From Sedimentisphaerales bacterium (lineage in GTDB: Bacteria > Planctomycetota > Phycisphaerae > Sedimentisphaerales > SM23-30): DNA of 64,000 nucleotides. Shown in pieces: positions 20,271 to 29,203 of the stretch. A program made the translations under genes and the position numbers. Numbering within the stretch: position 1 is the first letter of the stretch; the number at the start of each line of letters is the position of its first letter. The DNA lies in assembly GCA_963666285.1 (NCBI GenBank), contig OY762711.1, one strand, 5' to 3'. The notes under the pieces are model-generated. The model was not told where the DNA came from. It saw only the letters and a list, made by a program, of their open reading frames with translations, and did not search any database.

Positions 20271-21443
20271 ATGAACTCGTATGCGTTTAAAGTTAGTATT
20301 ATGTTAATTGCTCTGCTGACCAGCTCTTATGTAGTTAAGGCCGACGACGGCCGCCTGGCCGCTGTCTACTTCTCGGACGGCACCGTTAAGCAGGGCAAAC
20401 TGTATCTCACCGCCGGACGCGACTTCAAGCTCAATATTCCCGAGGGCGGCTCGATCTATACCACTGATATGATTACCGGCGAACCGGTCAAATACGGCAA
20501 AGTACGCAGGTTCGACCTCGCCCCGGTCCGCAGTATCGAATTTTTCCCTCAGAAAGAACAGCTTATCCGCAAATGGCGGTTCACCGGCAAAACAAAATAC
20601 AACGAAGAGACCGCCGAGGCTGACTATACTCCGGCCCCCAAGGAATATTACGGCGAGCCGTACCCCGTCCGCTATCTCGCCGCGATTGTCACTTTCAACA
20701 GCGGCGAACAGATCGCCGGCCATCTCTACAGTACCATCGCATACCTCGACAGCGGCAGCCGGGTCGAAAAAATTCGTCTTACCCAAAAGAGCAGCGGCAG
20801 GGAAGGCCAGGCCCTGGACGACCTCGTTTATGTTACCAATATCAAAATGCTCGATCAGGGCAAACAGTTCGAGAGGTTCGTCACTCTCAAACCCGACGGC
20901 TTCGCTCTCGAACCAGGCGATGAATTCTTCGCCGTTACCGTCGACACCCTTACCCCGGTACCGGCCCGTTTCAACGGCGACAAATCCGCTGTAATGATAG
21001 AGGGCACATTCGGCGAAAAGTTTTACCTCGCCGTCAAACGAAAAGAAAAATATCTCGTCAGCTTTCCCGGCAAAGGCGATGGAACTCTGTATGAATTAGC
21101 ACAGAAACACATCGACAGCCTGCGAGACTTTTACAACGAGCGAAAACTGCAAGGCGTGATTCTCTCGCCCGACGGCAAAGAGCTGCTTTCTCTGGTTAAT
21201 ATCAGGCGGCGGTTCAGCCCGACCAATTACGGCGAGATAGGGGGCGAATGGGACAAACAAGTGGGCGGCATTGTTGAGCCGTGGCGGCTCAGCTTATGGC
21301 GCTGGAAATATGATAGTATTAACAATGAACTGCTGCTGACTGGGCGAGGCACATTTGACCGCAAGGTATTTCTGCCCGACGATCCGTCACCGCAGTCGGA
21401 GATTTCGGAGAGTTTATGGAACTGGATAGAGCCGTTCAAATAG
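20271..21443 (+). CDS. Secreted hypothetical protein
   Basis: Long ORF; a signal peptide follows ATG 20271. Confidence 0.7.
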   Translation: MNSYAFKVSIMLIALLTSSYVVKADDGRLAAVYFSDGTVKQGKLYLTAGRDFKLNIPEGGSIYTTDMITGEPVKYGKVRRFDLAPVRSIEFFPQKEQLIRKWRFTGKTKYNEETAEADYTPAPKEYYGEPYPVRYLAAIVTFNSGEQIAGHLYSTIAYLDSGSRVEKIRLTQKSSGREGQALDDLVYVTNIKMLDQGKQFERFVTLKPDGFALEPGDEFFAVTVDTLTPVPARFNGDKSAVMIEGTFGEKFYLAVKRKEKYLVSFPGKGDGTLYELAQKHIDSLRDFYNERKLQGVILSPDGKELLSLVNIRRRFSPTNYGEIGGEWDKQVGGIVEPWRLSLWRWKYDSINNELLLTGRGTFDRKVFLPDDPSPQSEISESLWNWIEPFK

Positions 21444-22231
21444 CACAAGATGCCGCACGCGCGGCCGGAATATATGCAAGTCAAAATATCGCCGCCGAAA
21501 GCTACGCCAAGGAATGCGACAACTCGATTGTCACCGCGATTGATGTCAAATGTCAGGCGATGATCATCGAACAGCTTCAGGCTGCCTTCCCCGACATCGG
21601 CATTATCGCCGAAGAGCCCGACGAAGGCTCCGGCCAGATGCTGCTCAAGGTACCGCCAACCGGCGAGCTCAACGCATACTGGGTTATCGACCCAATCGAC
21701 GGCACTCGCAACTTCGCCTTTGGTATGCCGTATTTCTGCGTCAGTATCGGCCTGCTCGTCGACGGCATGCCGGCCTGTGGCGTCGTATATTACCCAGAAT
21801 CCGATAAAATGTATCATGCCGTATCCGGCGGCCCGGCATTTTGCAATGAAAAGCAGATCACCGTCAAACAGGACACCATCCACCACAACACCCAGATCGC
21901 CGTATCCGGACTGCTCCATGAAGACTGGTCCTGGCCCCAGATCGAAAGCGTCTTCCAGGGCTGCGTCCATGCCAACCTCGGCTCCGCCGCATTGCATATG
22001 GCATATATCGCCGGTGGCCAGTATTCCGCAGGCATATTCCCACGCACCAAGCTCTGGGACGTCGCTGGTGGCGCAGCCATTATCTACGCCGCCGGTGGGA
22101 TAATGACCGATTATTCCGGCAGCAATATCTTCCCGTTCGACTGCGAAAACTACGATGGCTCTAAGGTCAAGGTCATCCTCGGCTGCGAAAATCTCGTCCG
22201 CGAAATGGTCAACCGTATCTCAAAAGTTTAG
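21416..22231 (+). CDS. Inositol monophosphatase family protein
   Basis: IIAEE, WVIDPIDGTRNFA, GSAAL, LWDVAGG. Confidence 0.92.
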   Translation: MELDRAVQIAQDAARAAGIYASQNIAAESYAKECDNSIVTAIDVKCQAMIIEQLQAAFPDIGIIAEEPDEGSGQMLLKVPPTGELNAYWVIDPIDGTRNFAFGMPYFCVSIGLLVDGMPACGVVYYPESDKMYHAVSGGPAFCNEKQITVKQDTIHHNTQIAVSGLLHEDWSWPQIESVFQGCVHANLGSAALHMAYIAGGQYSAGIFPRTKLWDVAGGAAIIYAAGGIMTDYSGSNIFPFDCENYDGSKVKVILGCENLVREMVNRISKV

Positions 22232-22248
22232 AAGGAACTGACACCAAT

Positions 22249-22290
22249 GTAGGGGGGCAATTTTCGCAGGCTTGTTTGCGAACTGCCCTC
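22249..22290 (+). repeat. GTAG-type REP-like hairpin
   Basis: GTAG followed by the GGGCA..TTCGCA/TGCGAA..TGCCC inverted repeat. Confidence 0.55.
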
Positions 22291-22311
22291 GCTGCCTTCT
22301 GTGAGCGAAAT

Positions 22312-22953
22312 ATGAATAAACCAAATATATATAGAATAAGTAGATCAATGGGAACTTATAGCCCAATAAAGTCATGGGCCATTGTTTCTGACATTATTAA
22401 TAGAGAGCCAGTATTTAATTGTGATAAATGTCATTCAACAAATAAATATAGGTATGATCTTTTGATACAGGGTTTTGATGATTTTAGAGATATTGACTAT
22501 TGCATGAAAGGTTTTATAGGCAGTTGCTGTCCATTGATTTCAACTCTTGAAAATATTGACAGGGCTGTAAATACCTTGACAGGTGTTAGTGCTATAAAGG
22601 TAGGATATTCTGAGTGGAATCAGGAAGGCAAAATCCCTAAAAACAAGCGATTTATGACAGAGCCTAAACTTTCAGCATTATTTGTTGATGCAATTTTGAA
22701 AGATATTGTTGGTGTTAATAGGAAACCAATTGAGATTTGTAGTGAATGTGGTCATAAGAAGGCTAATATGGTTACGAATTCTTCTGATGAACAATGCACT
22801 TTTCCAGTCTTTGAGTCATGGAACGGCGAAGATATGTTTACAATTAGTACTTTAGGTCAGTTTACCGGTACTATTATTACCGAGACAGGTGTGGAGAAGC
22901 TTAAGGAGCTTGGCATGATGGACCTTGTTCTGGAAGAAATTGAATGGGCTTAA
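22312..22953 (+). CDS. AT-rich double-CxxC protein, resembles double-CXXCG / Imm11-type immunity proteins
   Basis: CDKCH and CSECG plus the C-terminal SWNGEDMF...IITETGVEKLKELG motif. Confidence 0.55.
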   Translation: MNKPNIYRISRSMGTYSPIKSWAIVSDIINREPVFNCDKCHSTNKYRYDLLIQGFDDFRDIDYCMKGFIGSCCPLISTLENIDRAVNTLTGVSAIKVGYSEWNQEGKIPKNKRFMTEPKLSALFVDAILKDIVGVNRKPIEICSECGHKKANMVTNSSDEQCTFPVFESWNGEDMFTISTLGQFTGTIITETGVEKLKELGMMDLVLEEIEWA

Positions 22954-23026
22954 ATTAAAGTGTAATTAAAATGTGCTTACCATCTTTATTTTCAATTTAG
23001 ACATAATTTACGAAAAATAGCATTTT

Positions 23027-23329
23027 ATGCGTAAAAGAACTTTACTCAACTTAATGCAAATAATAGCTGCGATCTGTTTGTTTCCTCTTTTTTTTACTGT
23101 AATTAGTTTTATGGTAGCAGAAACACCGGAGCAGGCAAGACTGAATGGCCCGCCTTTCATTCCGGATAGCTGGGAAGCAGGTGTAATGAACCATGGTGAA
23201 TATTATCAATGGTATACGATATCAAACCATCCATTTGTTTTCCTTTTCTGCCTTATGGCATTTGTTTTTTTATACTTATTCATTGTTATTTCAGCTATAA
23301 TATGTACAAAGATTGAAAAGGATAATTAA
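23027..23329 (+). CDS. Small AT-rich 2-TM hypothetical protein
   Basis: Two hydrophobic helices flanking a soluble loop. Confidence 0.6.
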   Translation: MRKRTLLNLMQIIAAICLFPLFFTVISFMVAETPEQARLNGPPFIPDSWEAGVMNHGEYYQWYTISNHPFVFLFCLMAFVFLYLFIVISAIICTKIEKDN

Positions 23330-23520
23330 ATTTGCCAGGTGCCTTCATTATAAAATAAGGTAAAATAATCAAAGTGACCGATTTAATAGTTTGTTTTGCT
23401 CTAAACTGTGTAGTACAATATATCAAAATTTAAATTGGATGCCGTTTTGCGGCAATCTCTGGCTAACACCCAACACCCAATACCTCTCAAACAGACCTTT
23501 AGTCAGTTTAAGTAAATCTT

Positions 23521-24837
23521 ATGCAAAAAACAGACATATATTCTAGACGTTCTTTTATCAAAGCCGCCGGGCTCGCCGCCTGTTGCGTGCTTTCTTCTTC
23601 TTGTTGTTCAAATGCGGCCCAGCCTGATGTCCCGCTTCTGAAATGCTGGCTCGAGACCGGCCCGAAGGTACCTCAGCTCGACAGCTTCGATTCTGCCATG
23701 AAAGAGTTCATGCAGGCCCGCTCTATCCCCGGCGGCTCGCTCGCGGTTACCTGTCAGCAGCGGCTCGTTTTCGCACGCGGCTATACCGGCCTTGATGACG
23801 GCTATATCGTTCAGCCAGACTCGCTCTTTCGCATCGCCAGCGTCAGTAAGCCTGTCACTGCCGCCGCTGTTATGACACTCGTCCAGTCCGGCCAGCTGTC
23901 ACTGGACGCAAAAATGGTCGAAATGCTGCCCAAAGAGCTTCTCAGCCTCAAATACAAGGACACCCGCACCCAAAATATTACCATTCGCCATCTGCTCCAG
24001 CATCTTGGCGGCTGGAACCGTCTCGAAACTTTAGCGCCGATGTTCTACGACCGCCATATAGCAGACTCATTAAATGTTTCCTTACCTCTCTCAAAAATCG
24101 ACATCGTAAAATATATGGCAGATAAACCCCTCCAGTACGACCCCGGCACAACCCGCTCATACAATAACTACGGCTATATGCTGCTCGGCCTGATCATCGA
24201 AGCCGTTACCGGCCAGTCTTATGACGACTATGTCAAAAGTTCAATATTTAAACCGCTCGGTATCACCCGGCCCGTCATAGGTCGTTCTTTATTGGAGTAC
24301 CGTCAGCCCAACGAAGTTAAATACTATTCCTGCGATAGCAAAAAACAGAGTGTCTTTGATAAGAAATTAGACAATGTCCCGTTCCAATACGGAGGATTTA
24401 ACATCGAAAACATGGCCGCTCACGGCGGCTGGATTACCTCCGCAATCGACCTGGTACGCTTTGCCGCCGCTTTCGATAACCCCGACCAATGCCCGATTCT
24501 CTCCAAACCGGCAATTGATACCATGTTCGGGCTGCCTGCCAATATCGCTCCCGATCGGTACAAACCCGGAGATGGCTATTACGGCTGCGGTTGGTCCGTC
24601 CGCGACTGGCATAACGGCAATCGCAATACCTGGCATGGCGGCAGCCTGCCCGGCACCCACACGCTTCTGATCAGACGATGGAAAGACAACCTCAACTGGT
24701 GTGTTCTCTTCAACCAGCGGGACGATTCCAGCGGCTTAAACTATGGCGATATCGACGGCATGCTCCACGATGCCGCTAATTCAGTCAAACAATGGCCCGA
24801 CCACGACCTCTTCAGCCAATACCTGTCCCCGGCCTGA
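23521..24837 (+). CDS. Tat-exported serine hydrolase, beta-lactamase/AmpC-like (S12) family
   Basis: SRRSFIK Tat motif; FRIASVSK (SxxK), YNN (YxN), WHGGSLPG. Confidence 0.88.
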   Translation: MQKTDIYSRRSFIKAAGLAACCVLSSSCCSNAAQPDVPLLKCWLETGPKVPQLDSFDSAMKEFMQARSIPGGSLAVTCQQRLVFARGYTGLDDGYIVQPDSLFRIASVSKPVTAAAVMTLVQSGQLSLDAKMVEMLPKELLSLKYKDTRTQNITIRHLLQHLGGWNRLETLAPMFYDRHIADSLNVSLPLSKIDIVKYMADKPLQYDPGTTRSYNNYGYMLLGLIIEAVTGQSYDDYVKSSIFKPLGITRPVIGRSLLEYRQPNEVKYYSCDSKKQSVFDKKLDNVPFQYGGFNIENMAAHGGWITSAIDLVRFAAAFDNPDQCPILSKPAIDTMFGLPANIAPDRYKPGDGYYGCGWSVRDWHNGNRNTWHGGSLPGTHTLLIRRWKDNLNWCVLFNQRDDSSGLNYGDIDGMLHDAANSVKQWPDHDLFSQYLSPA

Positions 24838-25091
24838 GCTTAAAAGTAGCATAAGCGGGCTTGTCGAACCAAAGCTTTAGCGAAGATTGAAGCGAGTAAC
24901 CTTATAATAAATTCGTGTAAAAATGGTTAAAATCTTCGGCGTTAGCCAAGTTTGCGTAGCAACCCCTTAATTTTTGCCTTTTACCTGTATTCGCAACCCA
25001 TTTACTTTTCGTTCTTGCCCCCAAAGTGCCAGAGTGCGAAGCAAGAAATTATTATACTGCTTGATGAATGTTTATTACTTACAGCTGGCTG

Positions 25092-25961
25092 CTAAACTAA
25101 TTTCTTCTTCTTAACATCCAGTGTCAAAGATTTATTTAGCTTATGCGAATATTTAACTTTTTCAATCCGGTATTGGTCATCAAGGTCTATATGAACTAAT
25201 TCGCCTGATGGACAATGAATGCTGACATATCTTTCAATAACCTTATTTTTCCTGCTCAATCTTTCATTCCAGCTTATCTCTGTCCCCGGGAAAATGTGAT
25301 CCAGACGGTTCTTTTTATCATCAAAACAAGAACCGCGGAAGTAATCTTCTTTGTATTCATGTATATCTGAAAACAAGCAGGCAAAAACTGTTGCCTTGCC
25401 TTTATCCTTAACATCTGTCATAGCTTTAGGTACAATCGTATTTGCCAGTTTCGGTGTAATTAGTTTGAGCCCGTTCGATTTGAAAATATCATTGATCTTA
25501 GCTTCAATTTGAACTTCTCGTTTTGTTGATGGTCTATAAGGCAGTAACTCAATCTCGTCGATTTCTCGTATATATTTCATCAGATAGTAATCTGTCGAAT
25601 AATAGGGAAACAGCAGGCTCGACCATATTGTACATATCTTAGAGCCGCCTTTACATCTTTCCGCCAGCTCAATATCCCAGTCCATCCCGTCTTTAACACC
25701 GCCGTTCAAAATGATCTCATAATAGAAACTGCAATCTCCGATATCTTCTATTTTCGCTTTTGGATTCTTGATCCATTCAGCCATATCTTCGCTTATCAGC
25801 TCAGCTCCTCGTATCGGCTGCCTGGTCTTCTTATGTATCTCAGCTCCGATATTTTCCCATCTGGCTATATCTCCCATCGCGACTTTAAGCCTGTCGCACA
25901 GCTTGTCCCTGTTCTTGCCAAATAAACTATTCAATTCATTTATCAATTCTGCTTTTGTCAT
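25092..25961 (-). CDS. Hypothetical protein (AT-rich)
   Basis: 289-aa ORF with no recognised motif. Confidence 0.65.
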   Translation of the reverse strand: MTKAELINELNSLFGKNRDKLCDRLKVAMGDIARWENIGAEIHKKTRQPIRGAELISEDMAEWIKNPKAKIEDIGDCSFYYEIILNGGVKDGMDWDIELAERCKGGSKICTIWSSLLFPYYSTDYYLMKYIREIDEIELLPYRPSTKREVQIEAKINDIFKSNGLKLITPKLANTIVPKAMTDVKDKGKATVFACLFSDIHEYKEDYFRGSCFDDKKNRLDHIFPGTEISWNERLSRKNKVIERYVSIHCPSGELVHIDLDDQYRIEKVKYSHKLNKSLTLDVKKKKLV

Positions 25962-25982
25962 TTTTCAGATTCCTTTTTATTC

Positions 25983-26008
25983 CTGGGAACGCCGAGCACC
26001 AGCTCGGC
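25983..26008 (+). repeat. REP-like hairpin
   Basis: CTGGGAAC-GCCGAGC-acca-GCTCGGC perfect 7-bp stem in an intergenic region. Confidence 0.6.
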
Positions 26009-26154
26009 AAAGATTGTTGCCAGTCGTTTAAAAGTGACATCTCAGAAACTAATTTTATATTTCCCCGCATCCTCGCGAGCAAAAAACATATACTACAAAC
26101 ACTGTAAACCAAAAAGCCAAAAGGGATCTACTCCGATTTTTCATCCTTCATACT

Positions 26155-27174
26155 TTAACTTCTGCTTCTCGCTCTTATCTCCATCGGCAATATACTCGAA
26201 TACACAAACCGGTTCACCGGCACATCGACTCCCAGCTCTTCGCCCAGCCGCACAACCGTACCGTTCTGATACTCGATCTCTGACGGCCTGCCCGCCAGCA
26301 CATCCCTCGTCAGCGAACAGTTCGAATCATACGGACACTTATCTATTATCGCCATCGTCTTTTCCACCACATTCGGCATCGGCGTCACTCCCTTAGCGAT
26401 CGCTACATTATTAACCTCCGTCATAAGCTCAATCATCATCTTTCTGGTCTCCGGTATCTCCCTCAGCGGACCATAGGTGCTGTTACTTACTACCAGCAGA
26501 CCGCTCGTACATATGAATGTAAACTTCTGCCATATCGCGGCAATAATATCGTCCGGAACCTTGCAATTGACACCCGCATCATCGAACACTTTTTGAATTT
26601 TCAGAACCCGCTCAGACTTCTCATTACTGGGCTCACCAAGCTCTATTGTTGGGTTCACGCCAAAATGGGTGATTACCCCCGGCATATCCGCCTTACTAAA
26701 GATTCGACATAGCCCGCATAACGCCGCGCTATAGCCGTCACCCGCCGCACCTGTGCCGTGGCCGTTCGTTAGCTCGTTTTGCGCCGCGCTGCCTCCGTTC
26801 AACGCCGTACTACTGCCGCGGTTGTTCGTTAATACGCCGTTAAGCTCCTCGGTCGACAAGACACCGTTTTGCAGCGGCAGTACCGCCGTACCAGCGCCGC
26901 AGATGCTTTGTATCTGCTCCGCGGCCTCCCGAACCTGCCACGATTTCACGCCGAGCACAACCAGCTCTACTTCACCTATCTCCGACACATTATCTGTCAC
27001 CTGAACTTCGGGTATAAAAAAATCGCCGTCTACACTCTTTACCGTCAGCCCGTTTTTACGCATCGCCTCCAGCGTCGCACCTCGTGCGACAAACGTAACG
27101 TCGTTACCCGCTTGTGCCAGCTTACCGCCGAAATATCCGCCGACCCCGCCGGCTCCTATCACTGCTATCTTCAT
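26155..27174 (-). CDS. panE: 2-dehydropantoate 2-reductase family protein (PanE/ApbA)
   Basis: IAVIGAGGVGGYFGGKLA, LGVKSW, LPLQNG, WQKF, SLTRDV..GRPSEIEYQNG. Confidence 0.85.
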   Translation of the reverse strand: MKIAVIGAGGVGGYFGGKLAQAGNDVTFVARGATLEAMRKNGLTVKSVDGDFFIPEVQVTDNVSEIGEVELVVLGVKSWQVREAAEQIQSICGAGTAVLPLQNGVLSTEELNGVLTNNRGSSTALNGGSAAQNELTNGHGTGAAGDGYSAALCGLCRIFSKADMPGVITHFGVNPTIELGEPSNEKSERVLKIQKVFDDAGVNCKVPDDIIAAIWQKFTFICTSGLLVVSNSTYGPLREIPETRKMMIELMTEVNNVAIAKGVTPMPNVVEKTMAIIDKCPYDSNCSLTRDVLAGRPSEIEYQNGTVVRLGEELGVDVPVNRFVYSSILPMEIRARSRS

Positions 27175-27197
27175 AATATCGTTTCTTTATCTTAAAG

Positions 27198-27377
27198 TTT
27201 ACTTTTGCAGTTTTTAAGTTGCAAAAATCGCCTAAAAGGGCCTTCCTGCAACGCTTATTTTTAAACAAAGCGTGAGACGATAGTCGAACACCTGAATTTT
27301 TCACTTTTCATTATTCATTTTTCACTTAATTGGCTCTGTTCTGGCCTTTGCGTGTAATGTTGAACAGTCAAAATTGC
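27198..27377 (+). repeat. Dispersed structured intergenic element, copy A (candidate ncRNA or non-autonomous element)
   Basis: Shares the 5' block (..GCAGTTTTT..AATCGCCT.AAAGGGCCTTC.TGCA) and the 3' block GGCCTTTGCGTGTA.TGTTGAA.AGT with 45940-46137 and 55185-55364. Confidence 0.85.
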
Positions 27378-27420
27378 TCTAGGTTCAAATGATTATAACA
27401 CTCTGCAAAACGTAAGTACA

Positions 27421-27460
27421 ATAAATATAAGGCTCAACATACAATCAAATATGTTGAGCC
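27421..27460 (-). terminator. Likely terminator for the 27567-28538 gene
   Basis: Perfect 11-bp stem GGCTCAACATA/TATGTTGAGCC, followed by a T-rich run on the minus strand. Confidence 0.6.
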
Positions 27461-27517
27461 CTGTATAAATTACTTTGTAATATTTAAGTGAATTTTTGCG
27501 TAAGCCTTTAAATTAAG

Positions 27518-27537
27518 GTCCCGATGTATATCGGGAC
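27518..27537. repeat. Short REP-like palindrome
   Basis: GTCCCGAT-gtat-ATCGGGAC. Confidence 0.55.
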
Positions 27538-27566
27538 AAACTTCTTTACCTTTTTTATTTTACACT

Positions 27567-28538
27567 TTACTCTTTATTTACCATCCACTCCGAAGCCAGC
27601 ACCGCAAAGTCTGCCAGGTTTACGACACAGTCGTTACCGCCAAGATCAGCCGCCAGCGGACACGGCAGCATATCAGAACTTTCCAGCCATTGGTTAGTCA
27701 TTACCTGCAAGTCATTTATGCCGACCTCACAATCATTATCCGCCAGGTCGCCCTTGTATTTACAGCTGTTAACTGAGAAACTGCCTTCAGCTTTTATCGT
27801 ACCAACAACCGTCATATCAATCTGAACTTCATAGCCTTCTTCCTCATCAGCCTGCGTCAGCATTGTCTGGCTCATATCTATTGGTATTATCAGCTCAACG
27901 TGATAATAATCCAGGTTGCCGATAGTATAATCATAGCTGACTGTCAGGCTCCCTTGAGCGTCAACAGTAGTAGGAGAGCTCGGCTCTGTTCCATAGTCCA
28001 TGTTCTGGTCAAACATGCCGCTTGCCAGGCCTGTACCGTAAATTGTTGTTGTTCCTTGGTTAACTACTGCATAATGCTCACTCACTTCGAATGCGGTCCC
28101 TGTGACGGTGCCAAGCCCCGGCATAAATGTGCCCGGGTACCCGGCAATATCGCTATTGGTCACCGTAATACCTCCCAATGCTCCGTAATCAAAAACAAAC
28201 TCCGTATCGCTCATTGCCACCTCGCCGCCGTTAAACGCCAGTGAGCCGACAGCCGCGTTTTTTGTATCATCAAAATCAATTATCATTCCGGCATTGAAAT
28301 ATCCCGATACTGTTGCACTGTCTGAATCCGAATTGCCTATATCAACCTGGATATCTCCAAAAATAGTTGATACTGTCACATAACCGGACGTACTGATTGT
28401 TGCGTCAAAAGTATTAATGTTTTGTTCTGGCGGCGAAATATCAAGCGTAACAAAAACATTTTTAGCTTCTGTCGTTCCTGCCGCAACTGGCAGTATGCAT
28501 AGTAACATCATCCTGAAAAAAGACTTACCTGTCTTCAT
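27567..28538 (-). CDS. Secreted protein with C-terminal dockerin-like domain
   Basis: Signal peptide; GDLADNDCEVGINDLQVMTNQWL / ADLGGNDCVVNLADFAVLASEW. Confidence 0.8.
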   Translation of the reverse strand: MKTGKSFFRMMLLCILPVAAGTTEAKNVFVTLDISPPEQNINTFDATISTSGYVTVSTIFGDIQVDIGNSDSDSATVSGYFNAGMIIDFDDTKNAAVGSLAFNGGEVAMSDTEFVFDYGALGGITVTNSDIAGYPGTFMPGLGTVTGTAFEVSEHYAVVNQGTTTIYGTGLASGMFDQNMDYGTEPSSPTTVDAQGSLTVSYDYTIGNLDYYHVELIIPIDMSQTMLTQADEEEGYEVQIDMTVVGTIKAEGSFSVNSCKYKGDLADNDCEVGINDLQVMTNQWLESSDMLPCPLAADLGGNDCVVNLADFAVLASEWMVNKE

Positions 28539-29040
28539 TAGTAATTTTCTCTTTCTCCGGATTATCTCCGGATCTTTCGGTTTGTGCTTCCCGGTTCTTT
28601 TCCGATTAAAGCATGTACATTTACATTATTCCTCAGGCCATAAAGAAAAACAACTATAAATGCCTCCCGATTGCCGCAGTATATCATACCCTGTTACTAT
28701 AGTGAATATTATCAAAATAGGTAATTTTGGCAAAGCAAAAAAGTGATAAAATAGCAAATACTAGGTAAAAAGATAATTCTTAACGATTGTAATGACTAGA
28801 TTCAATCTTGCATTTTATAATTGTCTGTATTTTTTGACCGGAAAATGTCACTATTTATGTGATTGTGGTCAATATTATGTCGAATATATACTATTATCAT
28901 TCAAAACGTTGTTTTTTATGTGTCGTTTTCACTTATAACGTTCATAAAATATTACAATATATATAATTGCAACGATCATAAAAGGAACCAACATGTGCGT
29001 CAGCTTTTGAAAGGTAGCGTTAGCGACACCTTCTTTACAA

Positions 29041-29090
29041 TTTTTATTTTACACTTTACACTTTCTTAGGTGCGGCTTGTCCGCCCTGAG
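29041..29090 (+). repeat. Dispersed heptamer-tract plus hairpin element, copy 2
   Basis: Near-identical to 18479-18508; followed by a GCGG-cttgt-CCGC hairpin. Confidence 0.7.
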
Positions 29091-29203
29091 ATCATCTCCT
29101 GTATTGTTTATTGTTGTAAATGGCTGATAAGTATGTATGATTGACATAAGCTGTTTCAGATAAATATTTTAATATAGGTCTGAAGGAATGGAATTATTGC
29201 GAA

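Noticed and set aside
21227..21997. 256-aa minus-strand ORF and similar long antisense ORFs (53885-54613, 55640-56233, 57046-57723)
   Set aside because: They are shadows of well-supported + strand genes and carry no motifs of their own.
23521..24837. Antibiotic-resistance beta-lactamase
   Set aside because: The motifs place it only in the broad S12 serine hydrolase family; no substrate can be assigned.
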